64,000 nt of DNA from Phoronis australis (lineage: Eukaryota; Animalia; Phoronida). The notes beneath the pieces were generated by a model. It saw nothing but the letters and a program-made list of their open reading frames with translations, did no database searches and was not told where the DNA came from. The stretch spans positions 415,672 through 479,671 of the forward strand of contig NMRA01000003.1 of assembly GCA_002633005.1 (NCBI GenBank), written 5' to 3'. Positions within the stretch are counted from its first letter, which is position 1, and every line of letters begins with the position of its first letter. This document shows positions 1 to 14,175 of the stretch, one piece after another. A program made the translations under genes and the position numbers.

Positions 1-503
1 GATGGGCCCTTAAATGAGAAATTTTAAGAAATTCGAGATGGGTGCTTTCCCAAGATGGGCACATAACCTAATCCAGACAGTTGCTCTGGCCACCACAATT
101 AGTCGCAAGGCGTAGTTGAATTAGCGCTGTCTAACTGACAGATGTTTTAGAGTAGTTATTAGTGTACAACTTTTAAATAGGAAAAAATGCACATTTCACA
201 AATACCCGCCAAAATTCTAGATCTGACCTGCCATTTGAATGTCATCAAATTGTTTGTATGGACAAATTTAAATGCAAACTCCTTTCTTTTGTTCACAGTT
301 CAATTTTGCTCCTCAAACGATTTAAAAACTTCCTCCCAAGTAACTTCCACGAGACGTATGCGTATTGATGGGTGGTAACGAAGTGCAAATTTCACAATAA
401 AAATTCTGCATTATTTTAGTTACGTATTCAATAATAAAGCCTCGAAATACTTCAACTGTTCAGATTGTTGCAGTCCAAACTGGTGCCCAAGGCAAACTGA
501 TGC

Positions 504-630
504 CATCAACCTTTGGCAGTGTTGTGGGAACTAACGGTCGCTTCAATATGGCACAGGCCGGTGAGCCAAACTGATGCCTGTGCCAAACTGAAACGACCAT
601 TAGTTCCCAAAATGCTGCCAATGGTTTATG
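504..630. mobile_element. Fold-back/MITE-like palindrome
   Basis: Imperfect arms of about 55 bp (504-558 vs 576-630) around a 17-nt loop. Confidence 0.6.
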
Positions 631-2559
631 AATTTTTAACGCTTATCAGAACAGAAATTGACCACAATTAGTGCTCAGGTGTTCAGGTCATATGCATTAA
701 TCACATGGGGGAAACGTACTGAGAAAATGTTACGCACCTGACTCTGCTCTCATTGTTCATGGTCATTGTTCAATTTCAGTTCTGATAACTGTTAAAAAAA
801 CAATAAACCATTGTCAGTAATTTGAGAACTTACTGTAGCTTCTAAGTGAGCTTAGCGCAGGCTTCAGTTTGAGCTGCATCATGGATTTCCTACATCGGAT
901 GATTCGAGATTGTCCTTATAGTACAGAATATGTGGAAAAAGTAATTTGACTAAAAAATGTTTCATGATCCCTGCAAGCCTTTTGGTGTAGGCAGTAAACA
1001 AGGCTGGGGTTTGGCTCTTAAAACTGCAAGAAAAGAGTGCTCTTGAAACATTAGTTTTGTTGTAGTATTGAATGAGACTGTGGCTGACTATATTTTGGTA
1101 GGTTTCAATTTCAGCAATGGTGTCATTTTTAATGCACTGCAGAAGATGCCAACAGACTGTGATATCCTCGGCGACAATCGTAACTAAACTGTAACTAAAT
1201 TGATTGCGTTCCCACATTTGAAAGCAAACCTTTTTGTTTTAAATATCAGTTTGGTGTTTGCAAATAAGGGGTGTACGCTTACCTGAATATTCTCAGAAGT
1301 AGAGGGTAATGGCTGAGCCAAACAATGGTTGGTAAAAAGTTGGGTTTGGGTACTTACATGAGCATTAAGGTTAACCTGTATATTCGGGGTCCTTATGTCA
1401 GGACAACTATCCACCCTCATATTTTACATTATACATTAGATGTTTCCACAAAATTTGCATTTTATACAGCAAAATAGCTGAAAGCTCCTAAAAAACCCTC
1501 ATCCCATGAGATTAGCAATCGGCACGATCTATTATGGCTAATTCTACAGTTTTAAAACCGTTATATACCCGCCTTGTGTCAAAAAATAGCATATGTACGA
1601 TTTACCAACTTGTAACTTTTAAGAAATTGGTCCGTTTATCATTTACTCCTATTTTAAAGGGTTGAAAGAGAACTAATTGGTAATGTTTTTGCTTAAGACC
1701 AGATTGGTGTAGTGGGTCATTTTTTCTACCGAGAATGGTCACTAATATTTAACAGCTGTCTGTACCATGCTTTCTAATCCCAGAGACCGCTTCCAATTTG
1801 ATTTCGGAACATTAGTTAAATCCAATTTCACCATGGTAAATGGTTTAAAACTCTGATCTGCAAATTACATTTCAAAGGGAGGTGGGTATACTGTAGCTTA
1901 AAACAGTCTGTTGGAGACAATATTGTGCAACCCAGTATTGCTGGGTTGATTATTTGAGAACTTTCAGGAAAGGAAATGGACACATGGCAGTTGATGAACT
2001 TTTATTAAAATCCTGGAGTCTGGCTGTCAACCTTTAAAATTCAGCAGTCTGGTTGACAAACAGATGTTAGCTTGTTAAAAGCCTGTGGAGCGACCTTCTA
2101 AATATAGTCTGAAAATGTCTAAATGCTGTTTTGGCCAAGTTTTTCTTGCAGTCTGCATGTTTCCAAGTTCTTGTTTTGAAAACCTTTGAATCAGGTTGTC
2201 CATCAAATGAATACCTTCCCCCAGTAAAACCAATGCTGGTTCTGATGGTTCACTAGAAAATATAAGCTTGACAGCTTGACAGCTTGACTGAAAAGTTTCA
2301 AATGGTATGGTGTGACTATCAGATATGTTATCATCTAATACATAACCATCAGATACATTACCATCAAGTAATGTGAATGACACCTGGACTGTCTGGATAC
2401 ACACATGAACATGGGAGCTCTTTTGACAACTGAGGTAATTAATCTAACTGTAATACAATTACACATACACACCCTGGTAACATATTTGTGTCAACAACTT
2501 GGGGCTCCTTATGTTCCATTCTATGTTTTCATGATGAACAGCAAGTATCATGTTAACAA

Positions 2560-2990
2560 TATCATCACCCAAGAGTTCTGTTGCCAATTGGAAATTGCCT
2601 GAAATAATCGTGGTGTGTAATCCCAAGAATTTATTTTCTATTGGAACACCAATTTGTTGGGATTCTGGGGGGTCCACCAAATTTGTAAGATTAATAGGGG
2701 TATTTATTCACGAGGTGTCCTTTTTTATTCAATTAATAGTCCAAGCCAGAGTGCTGTGGACCAATAGTAGTATACAGCCTGTGGTCTGACACTATTCAAT
2801 CAACGATACTAAATATTTTATCAACCTCACAGATAGCTGTCTTTTCAAGGTTGTTATGCCTAGGAGACTACAGAACTTGCTGAGATTCTCTGTTTCAAGT
2901 GGAGACTCAATAGATTAACGGAAATAATTCATGGAAAAAGATACCTCTGATATTTGTGGGAATCTGACATACATGGGAACCTTTCTACTG
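2560..2990 (-). pseudogene. Possible highly decayed LINE (I/Nimb-like) reverse-transcriptase fragment
   Basis: One minus frame with stops reads ...TTLKRQLSVRLIKYL..LIE*CQTTG...DPP..VPIENKFLGL, loosely like the RT C-terminal RQLQ..W...G / KFLG segments; no YxDD visible. Confidence 0.25.
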
Positions 2991-3157
2991 TCAATAGCGA
3001 TGCATAGGACATGTTGATGCTGGTGATAAAGCAGAATTGATAAATATTCATGTTATTGACTTAACATTGACCATAATTATTATGGCTGAAGGTTTTTCTG
3101 TGACTGTTATTGCAGTGTTTATTAACAGAAAAATTGCCTCTTTTCCTTGTCTAAACT

Positions 3158-3311
3158 CATAGGCGGATCCAGGGGGTCGAGGGGGTCTGGACCCCCTTTG
3201 TCCCTTGATTAGTGATATCAAGTCTTGAATTTTCAAATTAATGTCTTGGACCCCTCTTTTTAAAAAATCCGTAATCCGGTTCCCCTTTTAAAAATCCTGG
3301 ACCCACCCCTG
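3158..3311. mobile_element. Short hAT-like MITE
   Basis: Imperfect TIRs CATAGGCGGATCCAGG / CCTGGACCCACCCCTG, internal GGACCCC motifs; no intact TSD. Confidence 0.55.
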
Positions 3312-3929
3312 TATATTTAGACTGTGAGTGAGAAGAAATTGTCTTTTTAAATGACAGACTTTTTTGTTGAAGTGATGCTGTACAATACATGGATATTTCT
3401 CATTTTGAAAGTTAGTTCTGGACACTCTGGCACTAATATCCCAATCCTGGTCATTGAAGTCATGAAAATCAAATGTCTGTTTGCACCTGGTAGTTATGGC
3501 TCCAAGTCTATTCACCTGCCATTAAATGGTAGATATTATTTAAGTGAGAGAGTATAAATCAGAAATTGTCATTTACATTCCAATCATCAGATTGTTAAAG
3601 TGAATCCACAGCCATTAGCTGTTGATAGTGTTGCGACCTTCAACGTTCCTGTCACCTTTCTGTTTGTGGTGCATTAAAACACCATGATGGAAGTACCATA
3701 GCCAACCGATATGTAGTCTACAATAAACAAATATTATCAACCATTTTTCAAGCTTTCAGCAAATCTGAGTATTTAGCCCAAATATCAAGAAAAATGCAGA
3801 TTTTTAAAGCAATCTATTTTCTGAAAACAGAAATGCTGTAGAATTTGATTATTAACTTTTTATCAATCTGACATTAATTTGGTAATATTGTGAGCATGTC
3901 TTTAGTAAAATTTAGGAAAAATTGAAGGT

Positions 3930-4520
3930 AGCAATAGAATGGTATCAATGACATGACCAAATTTCATCTCGTACAAATGGTTATAGTGAAATCTCAAAAA
4001 CACCATTACAAATTTCTAAATTCTCGTTTCGTTTTTGTTTTATGGCAATTTCTGAGTTTTTCCATAAATATCACATAACAGCTATAGCTTCTTGTGCAAA
4101 AGTGGAACGTTTTAAAAACAACAATTTGTAGAACAGTGCATAAAGCACAGCAACGAAAACTCTGTTTCACATGAATCCGATCAGCCATTTCTGAGATTTG
4201 ATGTTCCGAAATTAGCCAAAGGTTATACAGGACTTTACTGACAAGACTGCATTCAACTAAATGTTTTCAAAATTATAGAATTCAACGTGTTGAAAATATA
4301 TTTTCCGGAAAGTATACACCCTGTAAGTGGGTCACATGGCCATGTCTTTTTGGGAAAAAGTGTCAAAAAGAATGACACATTCTGACAAAACAGCAATAGC
4401 AAGTACATGACTAAATTTTGTTTGGTATAAATGTTCCTGATGAAATCTCAAAAACGATGTTACAGTTTTCTAAATTATAATTTTGTTTTTGTTTTAGTAA
4501 TCAATTTTTATGAATCCATG
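3930..4520 (+). mobile_element. Degenerate head-to-tail copies of the TTAA element family seen at 31159-31618
   Basis: Shared blocks (ggtatcaat.ac.tgaccaaattt, tgaa.tctcaaaa, agccatt..tgagat, aaattagcca) with internal period about 455 bp. Confidence 0.6.
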
Positions 4521-4815
4521 TATTCGAACGATCAATCGACAACTTTAAAAATGTTTTATGCATACTAAACCTCTTTGCCGTTTTTTCAATTGGCTGATAC
4601 TGGTAACATAACTCATATAAGATGAGCCACTACATCACCAAATGTCAGTAGTTAACAAAAAAGCATTCTTCAGGTGGCTTACATATTGCATGTTGTGCCC
4701 GTTTGTTAAACATGGGTATTGTGTGGGTATCCTTGTCTTTGGGCCGGAATGTGCATAATCATGACATAGACAAAATCGCATTCCGTGCACAAGTGGCCTA
4801 ATATGATTATTGTTT

Positions 4816-4854
4816 GCAGGCCTCTCAGGTGGGCCCGTTGCACTGATCACCTAG
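4816..4854 (-). mobile_element. Terminal fragment of the repeat family at 19451 and 38574
   Basis: Reverse complement CTAGGTGATCAGTGCAACGGGCCCACCTGAGAGGCCTGC matches the starts of the other two copies. Confidence 0.6.
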
Positions 4855-5054
4855 TCACCTGCAACCATTGATTTATTTAAACATAATGAAAACCGAGCTG
4901 AGGAGTTAAGAGACCTCCAGTAGTGTGGCCCCAATGGGTCTAAAAAAAACTGCCTTGAATAAAGGAAACGGACTCTTAAAGAACCCGTTAGGCCACACCA
5001 TCTTCTCCCAGGGCTTGTCGCTTGATACACTGAGTCACATTCATGGTGGTGAGT

Positions 5055-5360
5055 GTTGAGAAGCAAGCTCTTGAGAGCTGCACCACCAAACAATGTTTGG
5101 TAGTGCGGCTCTCAAGAGCTTGTTTCTCAACCCCTTGAGAGCCGCACTACCAAACAGTGTTGGGGCTGAGAAGCAAGCTCTTTAGAGCTGCACCACCAAA
5201 CAATGTTGGGGTTGAGAAGCAAGCTCTTGAGAGCCGCACCACCAAACAATGTTGGGGTTGAGAAGCAAGCTCTTGAGAGCCACACCACCAAACAGTGTTG
5301 GGGTTGAGAAGCAAGCTCTTGAGAGCCACACCACCAAACAATGTTGGGGTTGAGAAGCAA
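5055..5360. repeat. 46-bp minisatellite with one inverted unit
   Basis: Unit GTTGAGAAGCAAGCTCTTGAGAGCCGCACCACCAAACAATGTTGGG, about 6.5 copies; 5095-5134 is inverted. Confidence 0.95.
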
Positions 5361-6093
5361 ACTTCGAGCTGGGTTACCGCACCAGAAAAATGTGGGTGAA
5401 GTGCAGAAATTATGTGTGACAATAAAGAGTGCACTAAGATGGCAATGTCTATCAAGAAAATGAAACAAACAATTATAGCAAAGTATGAAACAAACGAGCT
5501 ACACCTATAAAGTAACACAAGTGGTTACAGAACACTGTTTTAGGGTAATAATGGGCAATTTTTAGTCACATTATATAAAGAACATCCTGAAATAATTAAC
5601 TAGCCAAAGTAGTAATTAATACTTTCCACTAGCCTGTGATCTGTTAACTCCGAGGATACAATAAAATAAACAAAAAAAGTTTTTCGCTCCCTGGTCATAC
5701 TTTCATTTCCATTGCAATGGTTGGTTTGTGAATATGTATCTACCTATATTTAAAATTTAACACTGGGTGTGGTATCTATAATTTAAGACAGAAAGTTCAC
5801 ACGAATTCCGTCTGCTCTGCTCCATTACACTCATTTCGGCACTGCCTTTATCCCAGGTAGTTCACCTTGCCTTTATTCAGATTCGAAGTGTTCTTTTTTT
5901 CTCGCAGATCGTTTTTTTTTTGGACGCGGAGGGAGGCTGGCCAGTTTCGTACTGGTGTTTTGCCTTGGTGATGGTAGTGCATCAACTTGATGGCCTGGAT
6001 TACGTCAATCCGCTCAACGTAATTTCACTCCCTCCAGTTTCCACTGCATACATACTTCTTCCGGCCTGTCAGCTTCACGGCAATTATCACCTA

Positions 6094-6200
6094 TGTTATG
6101 TCCCATTTCGCCCATATTTTGTTTTGACTCATTTCACCTGTGCTTTGTTTTGTCTCATTTCACCTGTGCTTTGTTTTGTCTCATTTCGCCCATGTTTTGT
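6094..6200. repeat. 26-bp minisatellite, about 4 copies
   Basis: Unit TTTGTTTTGTCTCATTTCACCTGTGC. Confidence 0.9.
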
Positions 6201-6489
6201 CATGAGAAAGTCCCTGCACTGTCCGTTGTGTTTTACTTTCTACATGATGTTACTCAGGCACACCCGAATGGTTACAAACCATTCATCACGCCTAAGTACA
6301 AGACTCGGCTGTTTACAAACAAGTAAAGCTTTCCGAGTGCTCTGCTAAAATTTATGATTTTACAACCCACAACACGGAATAAAAATAGTCACTTTGTCTG
6401 TTTTACTAACTTGCATGGGGATTTTCCGTTTCTTTTGAGCCAACCCTGCATTTGCTCGGGTAGCAGCTAGTTCCTTGTAACATGTCGTA

Positions 6490-6700
6490 GTTGGATAAGT
6501 GCCAGATGGGTGACCAGCTTGGTAGGTTGAGATCTGCAGTATGAGAATGGCGCCTTGGTATTTCAGGACGGTGCTATTGTCATGTAGTGTATTTTTATTT
6601 TCTAAGTGAAATTGAATATTGATCTGAGTGGCATTAGCTGTGAAATATGTATAGTTGTCTTATCTGAGGTGTCTTGGGAGTTTGTGGTAATAGTTTATAA
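6490..6700 (-). pseudogene. Possible decayed CR1/L2-type LINE RT fragment
   Basis: Minus strand reads, with frameshifts, ..DKTTIHIS..FHLEN..VLKYQGAIL..SWSP, resembling the KT..KYLGV..LSW segment. Confidence 0.3.
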
Positions 6701-9619
6701 AATCAATAGTGCATTAGGTACTGGGTAATTGTGACGATTGAGCATGTCAGTTCACATTTAAATTATTGTTGGAGACTGCGGGAGTATTATATGAAACAAG
6801 TCTTTGAGGGCACCATCGTCGAGTCAAAATCAGTCCAACTTCATCGTAAGATAAAAGTAAATGAAGCGGTTTATTTAGTGAAAGTAACACCACCATGCCC
6901 ACCACAACATTACCATGATAAATGAAACTTGTCTCGTTTCACGACTCAAATTTTTGAGAGCGTCCCATAATTGAATAAAAAGATATTCAGCATTACCCAT
7001 GGTGGGAAATGACATGTCCTAAGGTACGTAATAGTCACATTATGTAAACCGTGGTCAATATACCTTTAATGTTAATTTTTAATGCAAAGCACTCGAATGC
7101 TGCATCAGTTCACTTCTTTGGTATGACATCATGTTAGTGTTTTTGATTCACCCAAATAAAATTATAATGTTCAAATTAAAAGCAAGAATAATAATTAAAC
7201 TAAATTCACATAGCGTTGTAAATTACTTAGCACTATGAAAATTACTACGTGGCTATGGACGTGGTCACTTTTAATCCTTCTCAACTCCCTGGGAACATGC
7301 AGTGGGTGCAACCATTGCCAGACCACACCAATCAAAATCCAAACACCTAATTTTGTAAAAATTTCATGTGTTAAATTGACCTCGTGGTTACCTGAATCCA
7401 AAAAAATCTAAGGCCTGCAAAGTTTTTGAAAATGTGACCTGAGTTGTTTTTCCGTAATTTGAGTCCAAATGGAAACATAATTATAGTGGCAGATATATGA
7501 TGTCGTAACTAAACATTTGAATACTGTCCAATACAAAGTGTTAGTCCAAGCAATACTAAACTTGAGTAAATATCCATTTTTGCTCCTTGAAGAATTTTAT
7601 GTAAACTGTGGCATGTTTCAAAACTGAGTGACTGAAAACCTGTAGTGTATACTTGAAACAGGACCGTTCTTTGAACTGGTATATTGTTCAGGTTGGTGTC
7701 AATGAAGCTCATTTACCACAAGGTTAGAGAGCTTGCCATATTATAAGTTTTTTGTGTTAACAGTTAAGCCTGAGTACCTTTTGTGTCAACAATTTTGAGT
7801 GTGATGTCTGCACCACTGTACACTGACTACTGAGCAGATTCCAATGTTTAAGTTGAAAAATCAGCTAAACAGCTGTAACACTGCATCAATTTACACAATA
7901 ACCATAGATCAGAACTAAACATTGTCTTTAACTAAATGAGGTGACTGAACTTAAAGAGAGTTAGGCTTTTACAGGGTAACATCGTTTGGACGATAGCCAT
8001 CTGTTTTGATAATGCTCGATTTTGGCCAATTAAACCAAGATTAAAATGACAACTACTCATTTTAATTGTTGTTTACTTATCTTCTTCTGTGACATTTGCC
8101 CACTGAACTTAATACTTATTAAAAAAGAAATTGTTCGCAATGTTATGTAATTATGTCATAAGAAATTGACGGGTTAATTTTTTATTCGTACTGCGAATAC
8201 TCTTGTGGTAAAAAACTATACCTGAATGACGTAATTTCTACAGTTATTACAGTAAGGTGTTGTAAAGAAGTCACCAGCACCTCTGGGGTAATCCTAACAA
8301 AATTCATAGGTGAAAAATCTATAAAAATTCCCGCTTGGCGCAATATAGATCCAAGCGACATTGTGCCATTCTCGATTTACCACGAAATGGGAAGTGAAAT
8401 TCATTCAAGAGCGATTGAAATAAAGGCCGCCAAGATGACTGGGCTTAGTATGTTTGACTGGGAGTAAAACCTGAGTTAAATACATCACAAACCTACAATT
8501 TCAGAATAATTAAGCAAAATTGCTCTATGTTAAACACATTCTGACAACTGACAAAAATATTAAATGGAAAAAAATAAAACAGACATAAGCCTCAGCCATC
8601 AGCGAAGGCCGAAGAACCTGGGTGAAGACGGGCGACTGTTTTAGCAGGGTAAAATCACCCGTTATTGCCAGTAGCAGTAACTAGCAAACATTTTTCAAGT
8701 GGAGACATGACATCCTGAAATTTGCACACGTCGGTCAATTAGAATTTAATATATAGATTTCTAAATTTCCAGTTTCTGGCAACTTTGGCTGACTTAGCTT
8801 GAACATGATGAAAAGATCATCCTACAGCTGGCAGTCATGGTATAGAAACTACTCTTGAAGTGACTTGTTTTTGTTATTGTGAAGCATACAGATTCACTGA
8901 AACACTATTTTGTTGTTCTGAAATCTCATGTTGATATAACATTTCCTCTCTTATTAGTAATCTTTTAAAGCATGTCTCTAACAGATTTTTGTGCTTCAGA
9001 ATGCAGTGTTTCTTTAGCAACACAAGAAAAAATGTCTTACGGTAATTCCCCACTAATTTTGCACAAAAATAATTGCCAAAATTGTCGTTTTCCATTTTTC
9101 AAAGGCTGATTACTTTAAAGCGAATTTACCAAAAGTTGTTTTATGACATCTACAGTACAAACCATGCTAGTGATAGACTAAATTTTTCTTAATCTTTTTT
9201 GTGGGGCAATTTGACAAAATAGAATTTCAGTTGTCAGCCATGTTGTGTGCTAAATAAGTGAAAAATTACCATTAAACACAATCATGTCAATGTGGTCGGT
9301 GACATATTGTGTCACCATGAGCAAGTGAGAAAAAAGAACAGCCAATAGTAGCAAATTAATTCTTCTTGGCGGAAAAGTGCAGGGTGTCAAGTTTCTTATT
9401 TTTGGGAAACTCCTATTTTCTCCTACTTTTCTGTGAAATTCCTATTTTCACCTATTTTTCACTCATGGTGAGTCGAATAAAAGGCCAACAATAAACCGTT
9501 GAAACAAAAGCATCTTGAAAGCAAAACGCATAACTTCCGTTTAAAATTCCAGTGTTTGACTCGCATGTCAAACGTGAAGTATTAGAACGTTTTTTAAACC
9601 TTTTGCCTACGCTTTCACC

Positions 9620-9875
9620 ATGTTCTATCTGGCACGTTTGACACGTTTTGCTACGTTCTACACACCACATTTTTGCCAAGTTTGACACGTTACGTTTTAC
9701 ATGTTACGTTTTACACGTTACGTTTTACACGTTACGTTTGACACGCCACACACGACACACCACGTATGACATGCCACGTTTTACACGTTTGAAACGCCAC
9801 GTTTAAAAGGTTTGACATGCCATGTTTTACCAATTTGACATGGCACGTTTTACGTGTATGACATGCTTTACACGC
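9620..9875. repeat. Degenerate short-period repeat (TTTGACACG / TTTTACACGTTACG)
   Basis: Many ACGT-containing 9-14 bp units; flanked by CCTATTTT clusters at 9410-9460 and 10050-10115. Confidence 0.8.
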
Positions 9876-12800
9876 TGTTCAATATTCCATGTTCTCAGAG
9901 CGTGTCAAACGTGTAAAATTCATAGACTATGTACCGAGTTTTGCCAAGAACATCAAGTTGTTGAGTATGACTTGTAAACTGTCTCGTAAGTGTTCTGTAT
10001 GTAGAATCTAGTTGTTTTGCGTTTTTTTGTGTTTTGTGCAGAGACAACAAGTCCTATTTCTTACTATTTTGTCATGATTTTTCCCTATTTTTTTCTAAAA
10101 ATTTCCTATTTTTTCAAGGCCTTCTGTTACTTACACTCATAACCTTAAAACTTGACATTTAACTTGGAAGGTGAATACCAAGAACAGATAAACCTATAAT
10201 GGGCAGGCAAATTTGGATTTAAAATTTCCGACTTAGAAGTCAAAGTGATATGACATTCGATTGCCAATCACAAAAGAAACACACAAATTGTTGGTTTAGA
10301 ATCGAAAATAATACGTTTTTGCAAACATAACATACTTCTTGAACAAAAGTGAGGATAGCATACTGGGTTTATGAATGAATACTAGAGCTTCGCTTTCAAA
10401 ATCACTGAGACAGGATGTACACAGTGTAATATAAATGTATTACTGATTAAAACCTTTCTTATACAGACATTTACAAAAGCAGAAAACTTAGTATTGGCAG
10501 GCTGCATTGAAAGCTGTGGGACATGTCCAAAATGACCAGGGACCATATTCCTAAATCTGCAATATTTTTATAAAAACTTACATTTTCTGAACTCAATGTC
10601 AAACATCTTAAACTGGATGATTGCCACTAGCACATCTACCCAATTAATAACTACTGTGTATCACACACTATTTTACAGGAACAAGTTAAAGTAACACTTC
10701 CTCTGGAAACTTGCATACCGTATCTATGATATGCCTATGAATAATTCCACAAAATGTCGCATCGAATACATATATACAGCACTGAGTGCACAAATCAAGT
10801 CAGCAAGCTTAAAGTTAGCTTGTTCTACAAAATACGATTGGCAGTAAGAAGACCCAGGTCAGCAGTCGTATCTTCTACAGGGAATCAAAAGTACACATGA
10901 CAGCGTTTTTCCGTTCAGTGACTTTACCAGATGTAGGGGGTTCTGAGCGTGTGATAACATCTAGCTTCTTTGTTAACTGCCAAGCACACTCTTTTGTCTG
11001 TTATGACAACAAGCAGGCCACTTATCTACCAGGCTTATTACAGACCACGTGTGAACACAGTCAAACTCCGAGTGAATTGGAGTATTCGGAAAAAATATTG
11101 TCGTAACTTCGGTTGCAGTTGGGCGATTTTGGCGATTCAAAAACTAAACATGATCATCATTTGACGAAGATTTCAGAAATGCTATTGGTTTATGTTCAAA
11201 TACGTAAAAACTTAACTTTTATTTTTAACAGCACAGCCCATTCGGGGTAGATACGATCTTATTAGAGATTAGAGCAATTATCGAACAAAAGAGAGCTGGC
11301 CCTCCAACCATGAATGCCAGAATGGAGTTAATCAGTCATGTAAGATATTGGCTACAGGGGTAAACTTCCCAACTTTCCGTTGGGCTATAGAACCGAACAA
11401 GTTGGGAGCAACGGGAAAACGCCGTAATGCATTTGTGTCTGCGATGTCTGGAAACAGGGGGCACACTGCAGTCAGTTGAGTTGCAGTAAATGCATTTAAG
11501 CCCAGGTTTCATTTCATGAATGTCTCAAAAAAGTTTGACTGTTTGCAGAACATCAAAAGCATTTTTTAATAGCAGTTTGATGCATGGGATTTCAACTTGA
11601 CCTAATTAGCGATATGTTCAGTTTCTTGGAACAGCCTGCTAGTTTCCTGATGTACACTTCCTGTGTGTTCAAGGAGCAGCTTCATTACACTTACTGTAGT
11701 GTGCATTTGACCAGTGGATTGGTCAAGCATCCAGGTTTTCCAATTTCCTTGTAACTACAGGTTTTTACTCAAATTTCTGTGGGCTTCATATCAAAATGTA
11801 ATTGATGCCAACTGCTTTAACACCAGTTCATGTTTCAGTCAAATTCCTTAGTTGTACTGTTTGAACTGTTGCTTGAATGGAGGTGTGTCAGAACTTGCAC
11901 AAACTTATGTAAAGTTTACAATTGGAACTTTTGACATGGAAAATTAAAAAATTGTACTATTCTATGAACTTGATTGGTTTTGTTCTCGTGGCTTGTAGTT
12001 ACAGTGTCACCTGAACCTAAATGCTACGAAAACAATCCAATGCATGACTTAACATTTACTTGGTAGGAGTTGTATCACAGGGATTCTACTTGTAGAAATC
12101 CATGCGTTCAAGTAGTCCCCTGGGACTTTTAGACTACTGAAGCTCCCATGCTGATCGATCTCTTTCTGCTGTTCAGGTGTTCAAAAGAAGAGGATTGTTA
12201 TCACCACCTGGCCAGTGAATATTATTGTCTCCCATTATAGAAGTATGTTCTTGACAAGAAAGTGAGAAGTGTACATGAACAGTATACCCCCAGTAGATGT
12301 TGCAAATTAATTCGGGGAAACAAAAGGACAGAGGATAAGTTGATTCAAGTAAATATTTCCCACACTTCATTTTAAAGGGGGAGTCAGTTTCAGTGGCACT
12401 TTTCTAATAGCAGCTTGGATAGTACCCACTTTTTCTGAAGGAGACATGAAATGGTTCGTTTAGCTCATTTGCGTTCTAGTATTAAATTAAATTAAATTAA
12501 ATGTACTTTTGTGCAAAAATGGTGAAGGTTTTTGTGTGCATGAATCCACCATTTAGGTTGATGCCAGTCTGACTTTCTGTTTTTAAATGCCCCATGCTCG
12601 ACTTCACACCCTCCCCCTAATTTTTTAATTTTCCTGGCCATTAACCAGGAGTATGTTTTGAAAATTTAAATTTTTTCGTGGGCAGTGATTGTTATATTCT
12701 AAATGGGAGTAAACCCTTTTTGAACAACCTTTGTGTCATGATTTAGCTAATTATCAATGCCTTTTGTACACAGATTGTCTTTCAGAAGTTGAACTTAGGA

Positions 12801-12995
12801 AGTGTCACTGGGGTTTAAGTGATTGATTATTTAACCGATTAACCGGTTTAACTTGACATCTTTGCAAAGTAGGTTTACACCATGTTAGTATTGTGTCTTC
12901 ATGACAGCTTTGACTTATCAAAGCTTATTACACTGTAGCAAGGTGATATATACCTTTTAGCTACTTTATCAATGACCTTTTCATGCACCTCATAT

Positions 12996-13014
12996 ACACA
13001 CACAGCACACACGC

Positions 13015-13051
<37 letters not shown>
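12996..13051. repeat. (CA)n microsatellite
   Basis: Directly visible, interrupted by CG/AG. Confidence 0.97.
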
Positions 13052-13053
<2 letters not shown>

Positions 13054-13937
13054 GTATATGTGTTTATACTAATGCTAGCATCACCAACCATCCACTGGGC
13101 ATTCCCTGCCAAGCACCAGTGTGTCTCTTAATTACAATTACGTAAGTTAATTACCTTTGCCTCTGATTTTCATGAAATTTGGCCACTTCGTATCTATTAA
13201 GGTGACGATACCGACTTTTCATTTCGGAGGGATTCGGCATGTTCTGAGCGATCTAGTCCCTGTTCTTACTGTTTTAAAGTGTTTTTCGACAATCTACCTC
13301 ACTGCTAGTATCTGACTTACAAATTGGTAAGACGACGTCAGACATTGATTTTGGAACACCCCTGACTACTGTGGCGCCCTTTACAGGCAGTTTTTGTGTC
13401 TCTGGAACTTTGTTAATTTGACAAATTTATTTCTGTTAAATGGACAACAATATGGCGAAGTCTTTCGATAAATATGTTTCTATTAACACCTTTCCATTTT
13501 CTTATAAGTGCCATCCACTCACAGACATTCTCTAGAACAAGTTTGTCCTGGAATGAGTTGTCGCTAGGTTTGGAGGTTGTCTGGACGCTATTTAAACTAG
13601 TGCAACTTACCACACCTGTGACAACTTACTCCACAATAAAAAATTGAGGTGGGGTAACTTGTTCTATGGTACCTTAAAAGTGTGCCACTTGTATACACTT
13701 TGTGGCCGCAAAAGTGGGGTAGGGCAGAAGTAATTATTAACTGCGGTTAGATACTGAAGGTTTTCTCTTTGCACGCCGTACTCGCATTGTCACACACAGA
13801 GTGACAAATTCTACGTTACCCTAGTTATCAGATATGTGTGTGTGGAGGCTCCACTTAGGAGTTGGGTAAGTTGCACTTAGTGCAAGTTGTTCTAGGGTAG
13901 GCAGTTTATCGATGGGACTATAGATTCTTATGTATAG

Positions 13938-14175
13938 TAGTTTAATAAATATGTAGGTTTGAGACTATATATATCAGTTTGGTAAATATGAATGCCTTAG
14001 AATGTATTAAATGTATATCAGTTGGTAAATGTGAAGGCTCGAGATTGTGAAAATCAGTTTAGTAAATATGTAGGCCGGAGAGTATACATGTCAGTTTGGT
14101 AGTATGTAGGCTTGCGAGTATGTATATGGATGTTGGTGTGATAGTGTATATCATTTTGGCAAATATGAAGGCCTG
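13938..14175. repeat. Degenerate minisatellite of about 37 bp, about 6 copies
   Basis: Recurring TCAGTTTGGTAAATATG(T/A)AGG core. Confidence 0.8.

Noticed and set aside
5055-5360. CRISPR-like regular repeat
   Set aside because: Units are contiguous with no unique spacers, there are no cas genes, and the context is eukaryotic
5127-5518. ORFs of 113 and 123 aa on the minus strand
   Set aside because: They are open only because they cross the 46-bp tandem repeat; the peptides are repetitive with no domain
11480-11900. Possible decayed hAT transposase on the minus strand
   Set aside because: Only a vague W..W....M..C pattern with many stops; not supportable by eye
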